This document shows positions 26,511 to 39,806 of a stretch of DNA of 64,000 nt, one piece after another (positions within the stretch are counted from its first letter, which is position 1; each line of letters opens with the position of its first letter). The stretch comes from Neodothiora populina. Lineage: Eukaryota. Made by a program: the position numbers and the translations under genes. The notes under the pieces were generated by a model. The model searched no databases and was not told the DNA's origin. It saw nothing but the letters and a program-made list of their open reading frames with translations. The stretch is from positions 2,728,001 through 2,792,000 of the forward strand of contig NW_027191413.1 in the NCBI RefSeq assembly GCF_041146345.1, written 5' to 3'.

Positions 26511-26985
26511 TAGGGATGTAAACCTGAGGTGGGAATGCAGAGCTGCTGTATAGGGGGGAAATGGTGGATTGGCGTTTTCGGGATTGGGCGGACGGGGTTT
26601 TCTTGTTTGATACCCACGACTTGCGGTCTTTTATGGTGCATTTTCCTAATATTCTGTTCATCACGTTCACGGTGTCGGCTCACAGTAATGTTGTCTAATT
26701 TGCAAAAATTACCCTTCTTTCCCACGGGTGTTGTTACATCTTGACCGAATAGCCAATATTCATATTTACACGTTCCAAAGCCAGCTAGCCTGAGCTGTCG
26801 CGCGCGTGAAAGTAACCGCCCTATCCAACCTTTACACTTTTGATCTCCAACTACAATAAACATTCAAGCTATTTTCGTGATGAACGCGCGCATATCCAAT
26901 GCGATACCCTATCATTTCATTACGCAAATGTCCGTTACCCGGCTACATTTCTTTTTAATTTTCTCACGTTGAGTACAGCACACGC

Positions 26986-28093
26986 CTATTTCTTCTGCCT
27001 TTTATTTGGGGGCTCGTCGCCTCCCTTGGCCTGCACGAGGCTTCGGATGTCGATAGGGCCGTCGTCGTCATCGTCTTCGTCCTCGTCGTCTTCGTCGTCT
27101 TCCATGTCGAAGTCGGACATGTCGGCTGCTTCTTGCGCTTGTGCTGCGAAGATTGTCAGTAGGAGCATATGTGGAGCACTGGGGTGGGTAGTCGTCGCAA
27201 CTTACTGAAGTATTTGATGGCGCCAGGCCAGAGGTCCTCGGCGATCAGATTGGCCAGGTCGTCACCGGCTTCGTGGACCTCGACGCCAGGCTCGAGGTCA
27301 ATGAGATCCTCGGCGTCAGGCTCGTCCTTCTCCTCTTCCTTCTCGCCCTTGTCGGCCTTGGCCTTTGCTTCCTTCATCTCCTTGGTGGCCTCGGCGGATT
27401 CCTCGGCTGTGACGTAGGGAGCGGCGCAGACGAAAGCGAACCAGGTGAAAAAGGAAGTGTTCTCGCCGTTCCAGTTCTCCACGAGCTTAGCCATGGTGGA
27501 GTACTCCTTCAGATCCTTCTTGTTCATGTCACCGGCCTTCTTGCGAGCCTCCCATAGCTTGACGGCGCCGTCCATCAGGCCACTGGTGGTGTCCTTGCCC
27601 TTCTTCCAGTTGATCTTGACAGGCTCGGACACGAGACCGGCCCAGCCGTTCTTGGCTCTGCGGTACCAGAACTTCTTCTCGAGCACCTTGTCCGTGAACC
27701 AGTCGTTCTCGGCGAACTCGAAGCGGAATTGCAAGCTGCGTGGGTCGCCGCCGTCGGCCTCGAAGCGCTTGACCTCGAGGTTCGACAGGGCCTTGCCAAT
27801 GATCTCGGAGTCGGTAGGCTGGATGTAGTGGTCGATCTCTGGAGGCGCGAGCTCGAAGACTAGAGGCCAGAAGTTGGGGATCTTGCTGATGACTTGTTGA
27901 CGCTTCTCGTATATCGGCGCGCTCATGACATATTGTTGGCGCACTGGTGATTGGAGTTTTACATGTGAGAGAGGACACTTTATATGCTACGAGCAGAGGT
28001 AAAGAACTAACTGATCTCGGTATCGACTTCATCGAACTCGGCCTCGATGTTGGCCAAATCCTCGTAGTAGACGGGGACCTCTTCTTCAGCCAT
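26986..28093 (-). CDS. NAP/SET-family histone chaperone (Vps75/Ccp1-like) with acidic tail; 2 introns
   Basis: PIYEKR..VISKIPNFWPLVFE, FRFEFAENDWFTDKVLEKKFW, PVKINWKKGKD, SFFTWF and IAEDLWPGAIKYF. It ends in a D/E tail and the NLS-like PPNKRQKK. Confidence 0.9.
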
Positions 28094-28553
28094 GGTGTCT
28101 GTACGATTTGAATAAGATGTATAAGGTAATAATCGAAAGTGAAGTGGAAGTGAAGAGTTTGAAGAAGATCAATGGAGCTCTGAGAAGAAAAAGGTCTACT
28201 CAACCTCCAATCAGATGACGGAGTTGCTCCGGACCCTTGAAAGTTTTGAAGCTCTCGTGTATTGATGTAGCAAAGTACCTTAAGTCCCGTCCCTTAAGGT
28301 ATCTAATCCTCTGGACCCTGAGGGACGTCGACGTCATGTCCCCGAGCACCAAGAACCAACCATAGCGCGGCTAAAGCGATGATAGCCGCTTGTTTTCCTC
28401 AGGCCAACTCTAATTTATTCTACGATACTTGTAGATTTCCCCCCCAGGTGCTGATCGTACCTGAGCATACCTAACTTACCAACCACTTTTATATATATAT
28501 AGAAAGAGCCGAACGACAGCCCCCACGAGCTCATTGTGAGCAGCCATTGGGCC

Positions 28554-30120
28554 ATGCCGCAACGCAACTTGCTCAGACCATCGCAAACGACCCGCAATAT
28601 CATCTATCAGCCTCTGCAATCGCGCCAATATGGCACTTGGCGGCGCACATCTGTACTCGACGAGTAGGTTTTGTGTAGACATTTTGATATACTTTTGAAT
28701 TGTTTTCCTTACCAGACACTTCCACAGATGGGTAGACCGAGAAGCCAGACCAGTCAGTCTGAGACAGCTTACTTTCTTCGGCCGTGTCTTGACCGAGGGT
28801 CGCCTTCTTGGTTCGGCAAACTATGTCCGCGAGGAGCTCCCTACTAGGTGTGCAATGCCTTTTCTGCTTGTTCCGTCTGCTAGTTGTGCAGTGTGTTAAG
28901 ATGTGTTTCGCCGTAGGCTTGCCCACAGGATACGGAATATCGAGAATCTGCCATATTCTGCTTTGCTGAATCCTCATATCGCCCACGTCTACGAGCTATA
29001 TAATTGTGCATTCGAAAAGTTCCGAAGAGTGCCCGAGATCAAGACACTTGAGGACAATGATAGATTCTGTGTATGATCGCCCTGTTCCTTCATAGCCCTC
29101 ATATGCTGATCAGTCACAGGATGTCATGAAAGAATGCCTTACGGAACACTTGAGCGTGATCCCTCGGCTTGCCATGGGTGTTCTTGAGATTCAAGACTCG
29201 GTCCGCAGCGAAGACTGCGACCGCCTCATGACCACCTTACTGAGAGCTGTAAGTTGCATTGAATTTTTTTAAGGGGCAGTTTCGCTGACGTGGTGATGCA
29301 GAGAATAAGTCGTCGAGTCATTGCCGAGCAGCATCTAGCATTGACAGAAACCTTTCACTCGCCTTGGCATTTTCCTCAGGCGCCCAAAACGGCCATGACT
29401 GCACCTGAAGACGATCTGATCGGAGAAGTCCTACTCAAGTGCAGTGCCAAAGACATCATCGAGAAATGCACCGAGACGGTTCGAAAACTCACTTACGATG
29501 CCTATGGTCAACATGTAGAGCTACCAGAAGTGAGGATACGAGGACACCTCGACACTACTTTTCCATACATCCCGTCACACCTCGAGTACATCATTGGTGA
29601 ATTGCTCCGAAATTCTTTCCAGGCGGCCATGGAGCGAAGCACTCCTGGCAACATGAACCCGATCGAGGTTCTCATTTGCGAGGCTGCCCAACACGTCCTG
29701 ATACGAGTTTCTGATCAATGCGGTGGCGTTGATCGAGAAGTCCTACCCTACCTCTGGTCCTTTAGTAAGGGCCCCCGGAGACACAAGCGTCTTGAGAACC
29801 TGCAACACGTCCCACGACTTGCCGCCACTCTGCAAGAGCTTCAGATGCCCCCAGACACGGCGAAGCACCATAAACACAACCATGCTCACCATGATGGCAA
29901 GAGCAGACATGACAGTTCGCTTTTGACCCTTACTGGTAGACATCCCGACCTCAGACTCGGCATAGGATTGCCTATGAGTCGCATCTACGCCGAGTACTGG
30001 GCGGGTAGTCTGGAGTTGCATAGTCTTGAAGGCTATGGTGTGGACGCTTTCTTGAGCATTAGTAAGCTCGGCAACAAGAACGAAGTCTTGAGTACGCGTG
30101 CCAGTATGGATGCCATCTAG
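28554..30120 (+). CDS. Mitochondrial alpha-ketoacid dehydrogenase kinase (PDK/BCKDK family, Pkp2-like); 4 introns
   Basis: Basic presequence MPQRNLLRPSQTTR..., then PVSLRQLTFFGR, ANYVREELPTRLAHRIR, ISRRVIAEQHLAL, N-box ELLRNS and GIGLPMSRIYAEYWAGSLELHSLEGYGVD. Confidence 0.92.
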
Positions 30121-30805
30121 AGAGCAAGACAGCACTCCTGTTTCCATGGTGGAGAGCATAGCTCTTCGGTCAACGCAAGAAATGAAATATATATTCCGTC
30201 TCAGCAGTCCGAGCAGAGCACTCTCTACACCTGACTCAATAGAACCTGGGCTTGAGGCTCCGAGCATAACTGGAAGTGCTGCAAACACAGAGCAAGCTCG
30301 GAGAAGGGCTTGGACGATCGACTGCTGCTTGCAGAGAAAATCACATGAAGGGCTTGTTTCCTCTTTTTGTGTGAGAACTAAATTCGCATGGCAGAGATTA
30401 CTATGTCAGATACTTCAGCAGCCTGTACGCCTTTTCGCACTACCTATGAGCTCAGAACAAGCCGTATGGAGAGGACGGATACCATCTCACTCCGTACATG
30501 CACTTTGGATAAGATACGAACGCCGCTCTGGTCGGATAGTGGAATATACCACTCACGTATCACCAGAGATCGAGAAGCCTGTGAGAGAGAGATGGAGAGG
30601 AAGTGGCGACGAGGTCGCCTGAAAACGAGAAATTTATCAATGGATTCAGTCAATGGAATGAATTACTTTTGATGAAGTGGAGAGTTGCATTAATGCATTA
30701 GAGGCTACCTTTGTCCTAGGTCAGCTACCCTAGCTACCATGTCTACTTGAGAGTCGAGTGACTCACGTCCAAGGGGGATCTGCCGTGTACTCTGTCCCAC
30801 CGCCT

Positions 30806-32621
30806 TCAGATCTTCAGCATCTCCACCAGTTTCTGACGCACAAGGTCAAGCTCATCCTCTTCTTGCTGCTTCACTTCATTCACTTCCACCTTTGCTTTTC
30901 CCTTGCCCTTCGCGTTCTTCTTGCACTTATCCTCAAGCGCAGCATCCTGCATGACGACATCCTCCACCACCCTCCCCATCTCCTCCCTCCTTTCTCTCTT
31001 TTCCTTCTCCTCCCTCTCCTTATTCTTCTTCCTCCTGACCAAACTAACCACAACCTCATCCGCCTTCGCCTCAGCGAGAGGCGTCAAAGTCCGATCCAGA
31101 AACCCATACGTCATCATGCGAATCCACTCCCTCTGCAACTCGAGTCGTCTCCTGACTCCCTCGCGCACAAGCAGCTCATCAGGCCTGATCAGCTTCTCCC
31201 TACCCAGTCCCCAGCACTCATATCCCCATCTCCCAACTAAATGCGCCGGAACGCCAAGCACAGGCATCTCCTGGCGCGCCAACCACGCCTCATGCACGAC
31301 CTGGGGCATAGGCCGTGGAAACGGCACAGGGCGGCGATACGAGTGCTTGACCCACAGTCTCAGAACCTCGAGGCGCGAGGAGCCGTCTGCGCCGCGCAGG
31401 AAGTTCCAGAGGGTTGTCAGCGTGCGCTCGGAGAGCAGGAAGTGCACAAGGCGCTCTTCGCCGCCGGCGCGCGACACAGGGTCCGTGTAGAGCATTTCGA
31501 GCTTGATGAAGATCAGCTGTAGGTGGTAGAGGGTTGAGGTCGTGAAGTAGACGGGGTTGTGGATTAGGGCGTGGCGTGGCGCGTTTACGGGGATGTCGAG
31601 GAGGAACCACATTCTCTGTCAGGGGTTTTCCCAATCAGCTTGTAGAGATGCAGATAAGGAGGAGAGGGGGGCGAGCAGAAAATACCTTGACAGCATCAAC
31701 ACCTTCATCGCGCGCAATGCGATGTCCATGCGCCGCCATCCACCCGATAATCTCACGCGAGACAGCCTCGCGATAAACAACCATCTTCAACCAGCGGAAC
31801 CCCGGGATCGCTCGCACGACTACTCCTGCACCTCCTGCTTCTTCTTCGCGACTCTTCCTCGCCTGATCAGACACCCGTCTATGCTCGTCCGACACCTTGC
31901 GCTGTCCTCTACGATCGATCGGTTCCGCCCTCGCCGATGCCAAGGCATGGTAGATGGTGCGGTGAGGAACGCCATTGCGATCCGTCCAGCTCAGACTGCG
32001 TTTCTCATCTGCAGTGCGCGTGGGTTGCAGCGTAGGATCCTCGATGCACAGGCGGCGATAGCACCACCACGGAAAGATAACCTCTGCCTTTGGCGCCCAG
32101 AGCCGCGTGCCCGCGAGAATGAAAGCCGTAAAGTGGCTGTCCATGATGTAGTGAAAGGCCGCAGACACGGAGTAGAGGTTCAGAAGGGTTTGAGGGTGCA
32201 AGTGGCTGGTGATGTTGAGCAGGATGTCGACGTGCGAGAGCAGGCTGGTCAGGAGGTCGAATTTGTTCTGGGCGAGCAGTGGTGAGGGGTAAGGGGAATT
32301 CAGGAGCAGGACGCGGCGCCGGGGTGGCTTTATTTGCAGGGTCGCTGGCTCGTGGGGCCTCGTTGATGCTGCGAGTGCTAGTACGTCGAGAGGATTCTGG
32401 CAGGTGGCTGCTTCGACTGTGACGTTCTGGTTCTGGCGACGGCGCTTGCGGATGGTCAAGTGCGCTGGTACGGCGTGGTCTGGGTTGTCGTCTTCTGCAT
32501 CTGAGCCTTGCGGTGAGCTGGACAGATGGCGCTTTCGAAGGTTGGTTGGCTGTGATAAGGAGTTGGCTCTGTCGACAGAGGCGTCTCCCATGTTGACGTC
32601 TGCATCGTCGTTTGATGACAT
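30806..32621 (-). CDS. Uncharacterised Pezizomycotina protein with an F-box-like segment; exons 32621-31686, 31615-30806
   Basis: Two long ORFs are joined in frame by a GT..CAG intron (AVK|RMWFLLDIP). F-box-like stretch LLTSLLSHVDILLNITSHLHPQTLLNLYSVSAAFH. No enzyme motif recognised. Confidence 0.7.
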
Positions 32622-33079
32622 TGTTCCGATGATGGATCAGTTGCACTGATGCCTCCAAAGATGGAGGGGAAAGAAGTGTGGGTGGCAAATGGAGTCTGAG
32701 TTTACATGTGAAGATTGACAATAAGAAAAGCAACAATATGAAAGAACGATTGTGCAAGTAGATAGGCGGCTGGGGATCAATCAATCCGTGTGTAAATGTG
32801 AAACATTGCAGCATCTATCAAAAGTACCAAAAATCCCCCTTTCCGTCTTGACGCCATGTGCATATGAGAAAATCCGTTTGCAAACCCACTTACGCTACGT
32901 TGAGAGGTATCACTTGAAACATCCGACCTGTGGCTTGTTGAAGTGCCCGTCCAGTCGCCTGACCTCCATGGCAGTAATTCCCTCTCTTTCTCCTTAAAAA
33001 CGCCGTTTGCCTGTTCAAGCCGTCTAACACAATCATAGATGTTACCGCCCAATGCGAAAATGCCTCCCAATGCGAAGGG

Positions 33080-34158
33080 TTACCTCCTGTTCAGCAGGCT
33101 GAGGAATTCCTCTCTCGTCTTTGCGGTGGACCTCATCCTGCCAAGCATGCAGCTGGTTGTCGTGCTCGATCCGGTCTTTTGCACGCCGCGCATCACCATG
33201 CACAGATGGCTCGACTCCATGACAACGGCGACTCCCTGAGGCTTGAGAACTTCTGACAAAGCCAGCGCCACTTGCTTAGTGAGGCGTTCCTGCACCTGTA
33301 ACCTGCGAGAGAACATCTCCGCAATGCGAGCGAGTTTGGAAAGGCCAAGGACGCGACCGTTCGGAATATACCCAATGTGCATCTATAACAGCAATCGTCA
33401 GTACATCAAACACATGAAAAACTCCCCACACAGCATAATTTACCTTGCCAGTGAAGGGCACCAGATGGTGCTCGCAGAGACTAAAGACCTCGATATCCTT
33501 GACGATGACGAGCTCGTCGTGATCCTCGTGAAACACCGCTCCATTCACAATATCCCGGAGGTTCTCCTCGTAACCCTTTGTGAAGAACATCATGGCTTTT
33601 GCGTATCTCTCAGGGGTACCGTGCAAACCTTCTCTGTCAGGATCCTCGCCGATGCATTCAAGCAGGGTGCGGACGGCACCGGACAGCTTCTCCAGTCTCT
33701 CGGTTGCTTGTTCTGGCGTTGACTCAAGTCTCTCGCGCGTGCCGATGCCTAGACACTCGTCAATCAATGCACTGTGAAAATTCTACATGGGTGCTCATAC
33801 TGGGCCAGCTCAGACCGTCAAAGTCAACGGTAGGGTTTGCCGTGTATGGACTGCTGCTGCGGCTAATCGTTGTGGGAGTAGGAGCCTCGTCACGCGGGTC
33901 TCGCGCGTCCACCTCCTCTAGGTTTGCGAGTCTCATAGGGCGTCTGTCTTTGGCTACGGCTTGGTGAGGCTGGAAGTAGTGGCCGTCTTCCAGGTCAATG
34001 GGTTCTTTACGAGGACCCATGGATGATCTTATTGAAGCAAATGCGCTCTCACGCTCGGTGGCGTCGCGCTTCTCCTGCGTGGTGTGCAGAGGGGAGGATC
34101 CGTTGATGAGTGGTATGGCTTTTGGCTTTGGACGGGGCGAGAGAGGTTGATGATCCAT
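33080..34158 (-). CDS. FOL2: GTP cyclohydrolase I; 2 introns
   Basis: [37 protein letters not shown]...[36 protein letters not shown] and TREEFL. Confidence 0.97.
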
Positions 34159-36664
34159 AACTTATGTGAATTTATTGATCACGGTGGTGGGGTGGATGGA
34201 GACAGAGAAACCCTTTGGGGGTCGTGACCAAAAAAAATTATGACTAGGTATGCCAGGATCAACGAACAGACGGCGGGGTACAATCCCCGGAGACTTTTTA
34301 ATAATTATTTTCAAGTTTTATCAGATCGCGGCAGACTCAGATGGGGTGATTCGGAAAGGATACTTCTATAAAACAAAACAGAAAATACACGCCTGCATGG
34401 TTACCTGAACATGAATGTACAGTACAGTACACCGTCCTTGGCGACTGATAGTATAGATATGACTACCTTAACGTCCCTCTTGATTTCCTCTTTATGCCTC
34501 ATAATAAGACAGAAAGCTTTTCCTTCCCTTGGTCCCCCACGCGGAGAAAAGACGGCGATATGATCTTTCAACGTCACCCCATAATTGATAAGTCCCTATA
34601 CAATCTTATATGCGCAATCAGGTATGGGACTAGTGGCTATATCTAGCTATTAGTTTTGGTTGCGCTAGTATAGAGAAAGTCGTCGCTCTTGCTACTAAAC
34701 AGCTGCTTTGCTTAGGGATGTTATTGATCGAGGTGCATTGGTCAAAATGCGAGATGATTTTAGCTCAGCCCTGGCGCCCAGCGTCTGGCCATATCTTTTG
34801 ACACACTCGGGCATCGGCGGAGAAGCTTACCTTGCGCTGACAGCCTCAAGACTCACCTCATATCATCACCCACGCCCCTTGTTGTTCCGTCTAGCAGTTA
34901 CGAACATGCCACTACCCTGCTAGCATTCGTCATGAAAGAAAGACTCGGTGTAAAAACGCTCGTCTTTGACATGTATTCCAGGCAGCGCTCTGTCGATGAC
35001 GGGAGCTATCTTCCCCTCCTTCTATCCTAGCTATAGACACTACACATGTGCCTCACCACGTCCTTGATTTTATCGCGATCTGAATGCGACGTACGGATTC
35101 AACATGATAGTATGCGAGGGATGCATGCTCGTTAACGGGTCTATTGCAAATCTGGGAGGATTTTGTGGAGTGATGCAGGTATCCCCGATCAACCTCGCCA
35201 GATAATCAGATCCGACGCCTCTGTCGACATTCGAGGATCCGGAATGCGAACACATCAATGACATGAAGTGTTGGCCATACATGGGCGAGTGTGTCAGACA
35301 TTGACATATAACTTCGAGCTCACTCACGCCCCTCCGTCCAGATAAAGTCTGCCCGACGAAGACAAGCTCTGGCCATGGTCCTGCGAAAAAGCAGCTCTTC
35401 TCTTGGTAATTGTATTGCAGGCGGGGCGAATCCACTGTAGTTGGTGGTGGACTCACGAACCGAGCCCCTTGTTGGTCCAAGTACAGAATCACATAGTAGT
35501 ACTGTCTCGCAGCATGTGCTAGATGATGGCACAGCTTGTTATGGGATGCTATCTAGCTGGGTTGCAAAAGACAAGCACGCCATCTCGCTTGCTTGTTGTC
35601 CCGCACTGCCTTACACAGATCAACGGCAAATATCTGATCGCGCGATCGGTATCGCAACACAGGAGGCTCAATGGCAGGTTCAAGGGCGACACACTGGCAG
35701 TCAGTATTTGGTTCGTCGAGAAGGGCAAGTCGCGTGCCCGAAAGCCTCGATTATTGCTTGCGCCGAGAAGCCGCGGGATGCCAGATGAGCAGGCATATGG
35801 AGCCTTTGCGAACGTGCCTGATCTTTTGATGGCACACGGTGGTCGCCTCCCCAGAAGTGAGTGGTAAACGAGCAGTGTGTGCCACTTGTGGCTTGTGAGA
35901 AGGTCAAAGGTATTGTTCTAATAATCTGCCTACGGTGGAGATATCTGAGGGAAGCGATGGTTTATGATGCATATGCAATGACGTGAACACTGTCTGGATG
36001 ATTCAAGTGAAGGGCTTGGTCACGACGGACTGACTACATGATGTCCAATCTCTGCTGCGACCATTTTTGTTCTGCCCCGAAGCACGGTCAATGGCGGCAC
36101 AATCACCGGCAGCACTTTGCCCGACTGGCCTTTTGCTACGCTGACACTGAAGGATATCAGCGATTCCCAGCTCTTCGGACTGCTCTATACCTTATGTTCC
36201 TCATGCTCTACTAACCTGGACCGAACGACAACACCACAGTATTGACGCCGGACGCCGAGTCACGTGCCATCAAGTTTTGCGGGGCAGCCGGCGCAGGACA
36301 AGCAAAGGCAAAGCCGGCCAGAGGCGAATCGAATCAAGCAACGCCAAACAGCATAATTGCAGCAGCAGCAGGCTACAGCAACTGTACTGTATCACTGCCA
36401 AAAGCTGGTCGCGGTCCAGAGAAGGTGAGGTTTGTTCAGTTGCATTTCACTTTCCCCCTGTCACACCTGTATTGTCATGCACTATTTCTAGCGTTGTGAT
36501 TTCCTGCTCTGCTTGACTCTGTTCTTTTTGTCTCGTCGAGCTCCAGAAGACCTTCCAAGACTAGCGATCTTTGTTCAAGGTCGGTCGGCCTGCTTCTGGG
36601 TCGCGTTGGCTGGATTCATGACATCTCGGCGTCTTCTCTAACCCGACCTGCTTTGCTCGCACCT

Positions 36665-39600
36665 ATGGCTGGTAACGCATCGGATTGGAGGGGTCGTGAA
36701 TATTCAGACAGGGAGCGTGAATATAGGAGAGCACCTGCTCGTGTCTCGTCGAGAGAGAGGGTATCGTCTCCCAGTGCTGTCGCTGTCGCTGCCAACACCA
36801 CTTCTGCTTCTGCTTCTGCCTCTGTCGCTGCTGCTACTGCTGCCGCCGCTGCTGCTGCTGCTGCTCGAGGGCCTTCCTACGAAGACCGATCTGTCACATC
36901 CCCCAATACTCATCCCCCACCACATTCTCCTTCCTTGTATCACCGCACTCGCTCCACTTCAAGAAGCAGACATCGCGGCCGTGAGTCACCACCGCCGCGT
37001 CGCAGACACGATCCCGCCGACGAAAATCGGCCGCGCTGGTCGAGCTCTTCAAAGGGTGGAAAAGCTATCGTCGACAAGCACTCCTCCCGGCACGGAAGCG
37101 ACCAACGTCGACACGGCCAGGCAAAGCGGCACTACGATTACTCTCCTTCACCACCACGCCAGCGCACGAGGGACACCAAGCGAAGACGAAGCCAGAGTCG
37201 TGGCATATCGCCGCCTCGTTCCAGACTTCACTCTCCCCACCCTAGCAGAGGTGACAGGGCAAGTCATAGGGGTTCGCCCGACCCTCATCAGCCTCCCGTC
37301 CGTCGTCGCTCTCGGTCTGTCGAGTCGAGACATCGACCACACACCTCCAAGTACAGTCGGCGACGCTCCCCAGACGATAGGCCAGCAAGAGGAGGAAAAC
37401 AAAATCCAAGGGACAGATTTCGATCCCCACCACGCCACGACCGACGCCGGTTCTCACCTGGCCCACCTCGTCGAAGGAACTACAGGGACGAACGAGACGC
37501 CGACTACTCATCTCGGCACCACGAAGACTATTACGGCACCAGACACAGCAAGCCTGCCACGTCGACTCGCTCGCCCCTGCGGGACACCAGGAGATCGCCT
37601 TCGCCCTCGGACTTGATTTCACAGCTGGCCACTAGCCGTCGCCGCGAAGAACAGGGTGGGCCCTCCAGACATCGACGCCCTTCGAGATCGCCTTCACCCG
37701 CCTACTCGCGTCGCGATCATCGAGAAGACGCACGATACAGGGGCAGAGAGAGGGATCGACCTTACGACAGCGGTCGCCGAGGATACTACGAATCTTCGCC
37801 CAGGCGAGAGCGTCTGCGCGACCAAGCAGACGACAACATGTACGGCCGAGGTGGTTATCCAAGAGGACCACCACCGGGTCGGCCGCCATATGTGGACCCT
37901 CGATACCCACCTTCACATGCGTCTCCGTATCACCAACCTGCTGTACCCGGACCTTCGCCCCCTCACGCGCACTCTCCATATGGCAGGCCAGGTTATGCGC
38001 CCCAGCCGGCTTACGGTAGCTATCACGGGTCAGTCTCGCCTGAAACATCTCACTAATGCCTTTCGATGCTAACTACCTTGAAGATCTCCTGTGCACGCTT
38101 ACTCACCGCAGCCGTCGCCTTACCACTATGCGCAAGGCTATCCACCCCCTGGAGCGAGTCCTTACTATCAACAGCCACCTCCAGCGCACTACGCGCCTCC
38201 GCCCCAAGCTCACCCCGCATACTCGTCGCAACAACCTTACCCATCGCACGTGCCGCCTCCTCGCGCACCACCACGTAATTCTTCTTATGGTCCTTCCAGT
38301 CGCTCTCAGGGGCCGCCTCCCGGTGCAGGAAGGGGCCGAGGTGGTCACTTCGCCAACTTGTCTTGGACGCCGACCACGGGAAGCCGGGGTGGTAAAGTGT
38401 CTAACAACAGCACCACTCCTAGAGCACCTTCAAGCTCTGGCGCAGCAAGTCCAGCGGGCCATGCTCCTGCTTCTGTCGATGATGACGATAATCCTTTCCG
38501 ACCTCCAAAAGACTTGCGCGCCGAAGACGAGTCGACCAAGAAAGACACCAGATCCAACAGCAAGCCAGGTATCAGCTTTTCGATCAAGGGCATGGCGGAC
38601 AGGAAGGACGATACCCCGCCGATCGTACAGATGAGGAAAGAGATTGTCAAACGCAGACGGATCAAACCTAAGCCCAAGCTGAGCGAAGAGTTCGCTGCGT
38701 CGGATTCGGTTTATTTTCGCAAGGTCGGCAACGAGTCGGTTATTGGATCTGGCACATACGGCAAAGTCTACAAGGCCGTGCATGTATACACCAACGACAA
38801 GGTTGCGCTCAAGAAGATCCGTATGGAGGGCGAGCGGGACGGATTTCCGGTCACTGCGATTCGTGAGATCAAGCTCTTGCAGTCTCTCAACCACAACAAC
38901 GTTGTCAAGCTGCAAGAAGTCATGGTGGAACGCAACGATTGCTTCATGGTGTTCGAGTATCTCTCTCATGACCTCACTGGCCTGTTGAACCACCCGTCAT
39001 TCACACTAACCTCGGCACACAAAAAACACCTTGCGCAGCAGCTTTTCGAAGGACTGGACTATCTGCATAAGCGCAGTGTCCTGCATCGTGACATCAAGGC
39101 GGCTAACATTTTGGTGTCCCGAGATGGAGAATTGAAACTCGCAGACTTTGGACTGGCACGGTTTTACAACAAGAACGCAAGAAAGAAGCAGGACTACACG
39201 AACCGCGTCATCACTATCTGGTACCGTTCTCCCGAGTTGTTGCTGGGCGAGACGCAATATGGACCCAGTGTGGACATCTGGTCAGCGGCATGTGTGTTGG
39301 TGGAAATCTTCACGAGGCATGCCATCTTCCCTGGTGATGGAGGCGAGATCAGCCAACTGGACAAGATCTACAATGTTCTCGGCACGCCTTCGAGGCAAGA
39401 TTGGCCGGGGATCGTGGACATGGCATGGTACGAACTCTTGCGTCCGACGCAACGACTGCCGCCGACGTTTGCAGAAAAATACAAGGAACGAGTGTCGCCG
39501 GCAGCCTTTGATCTTCTCAGCGCCATGTTTCAGTATGATGCGAATGCAAGACCGAGCGCGAGCGATGTCCTCGAGCATCCTTATTTTACGGCGGAGGAGC

Positions 39601-39806
39601 CCAAAGCACAGCGCGCGTGGGGACTCAAGGACCTCGAGGGAGACTGGCACGAGTTCGAGAGCAAGGCGCTGCGCAAAGAGAAGGAGCGCGAGGCGAGAAG
39701 GAAAGATAGGGAGAGCGCGGCGGAGCAGAAGCGCAAGCCAGACGGCGCGCTGGTTGACGAACGGGATACCAAGAAGATCAAGACGTCGTCGGATCTGGGT
39801 ATCTGA
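36665..39806 (+). CDS. CTK1: RNA polymerase II CTD kinase alpha subunit (Ctk1/Lsk1, CDK12-like); exons 36665-38028, 38084-39806
   Basis: GSGTYGKVYKA, VALKKIRME.ERDGFPVTAIREIKLL, HRDIKAANIL, DFGLAR and YTNRVITIWYRSPELLLG, preceded by a long RS-rich and P/Y-rich N-terminus. Confidence 0.93.
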
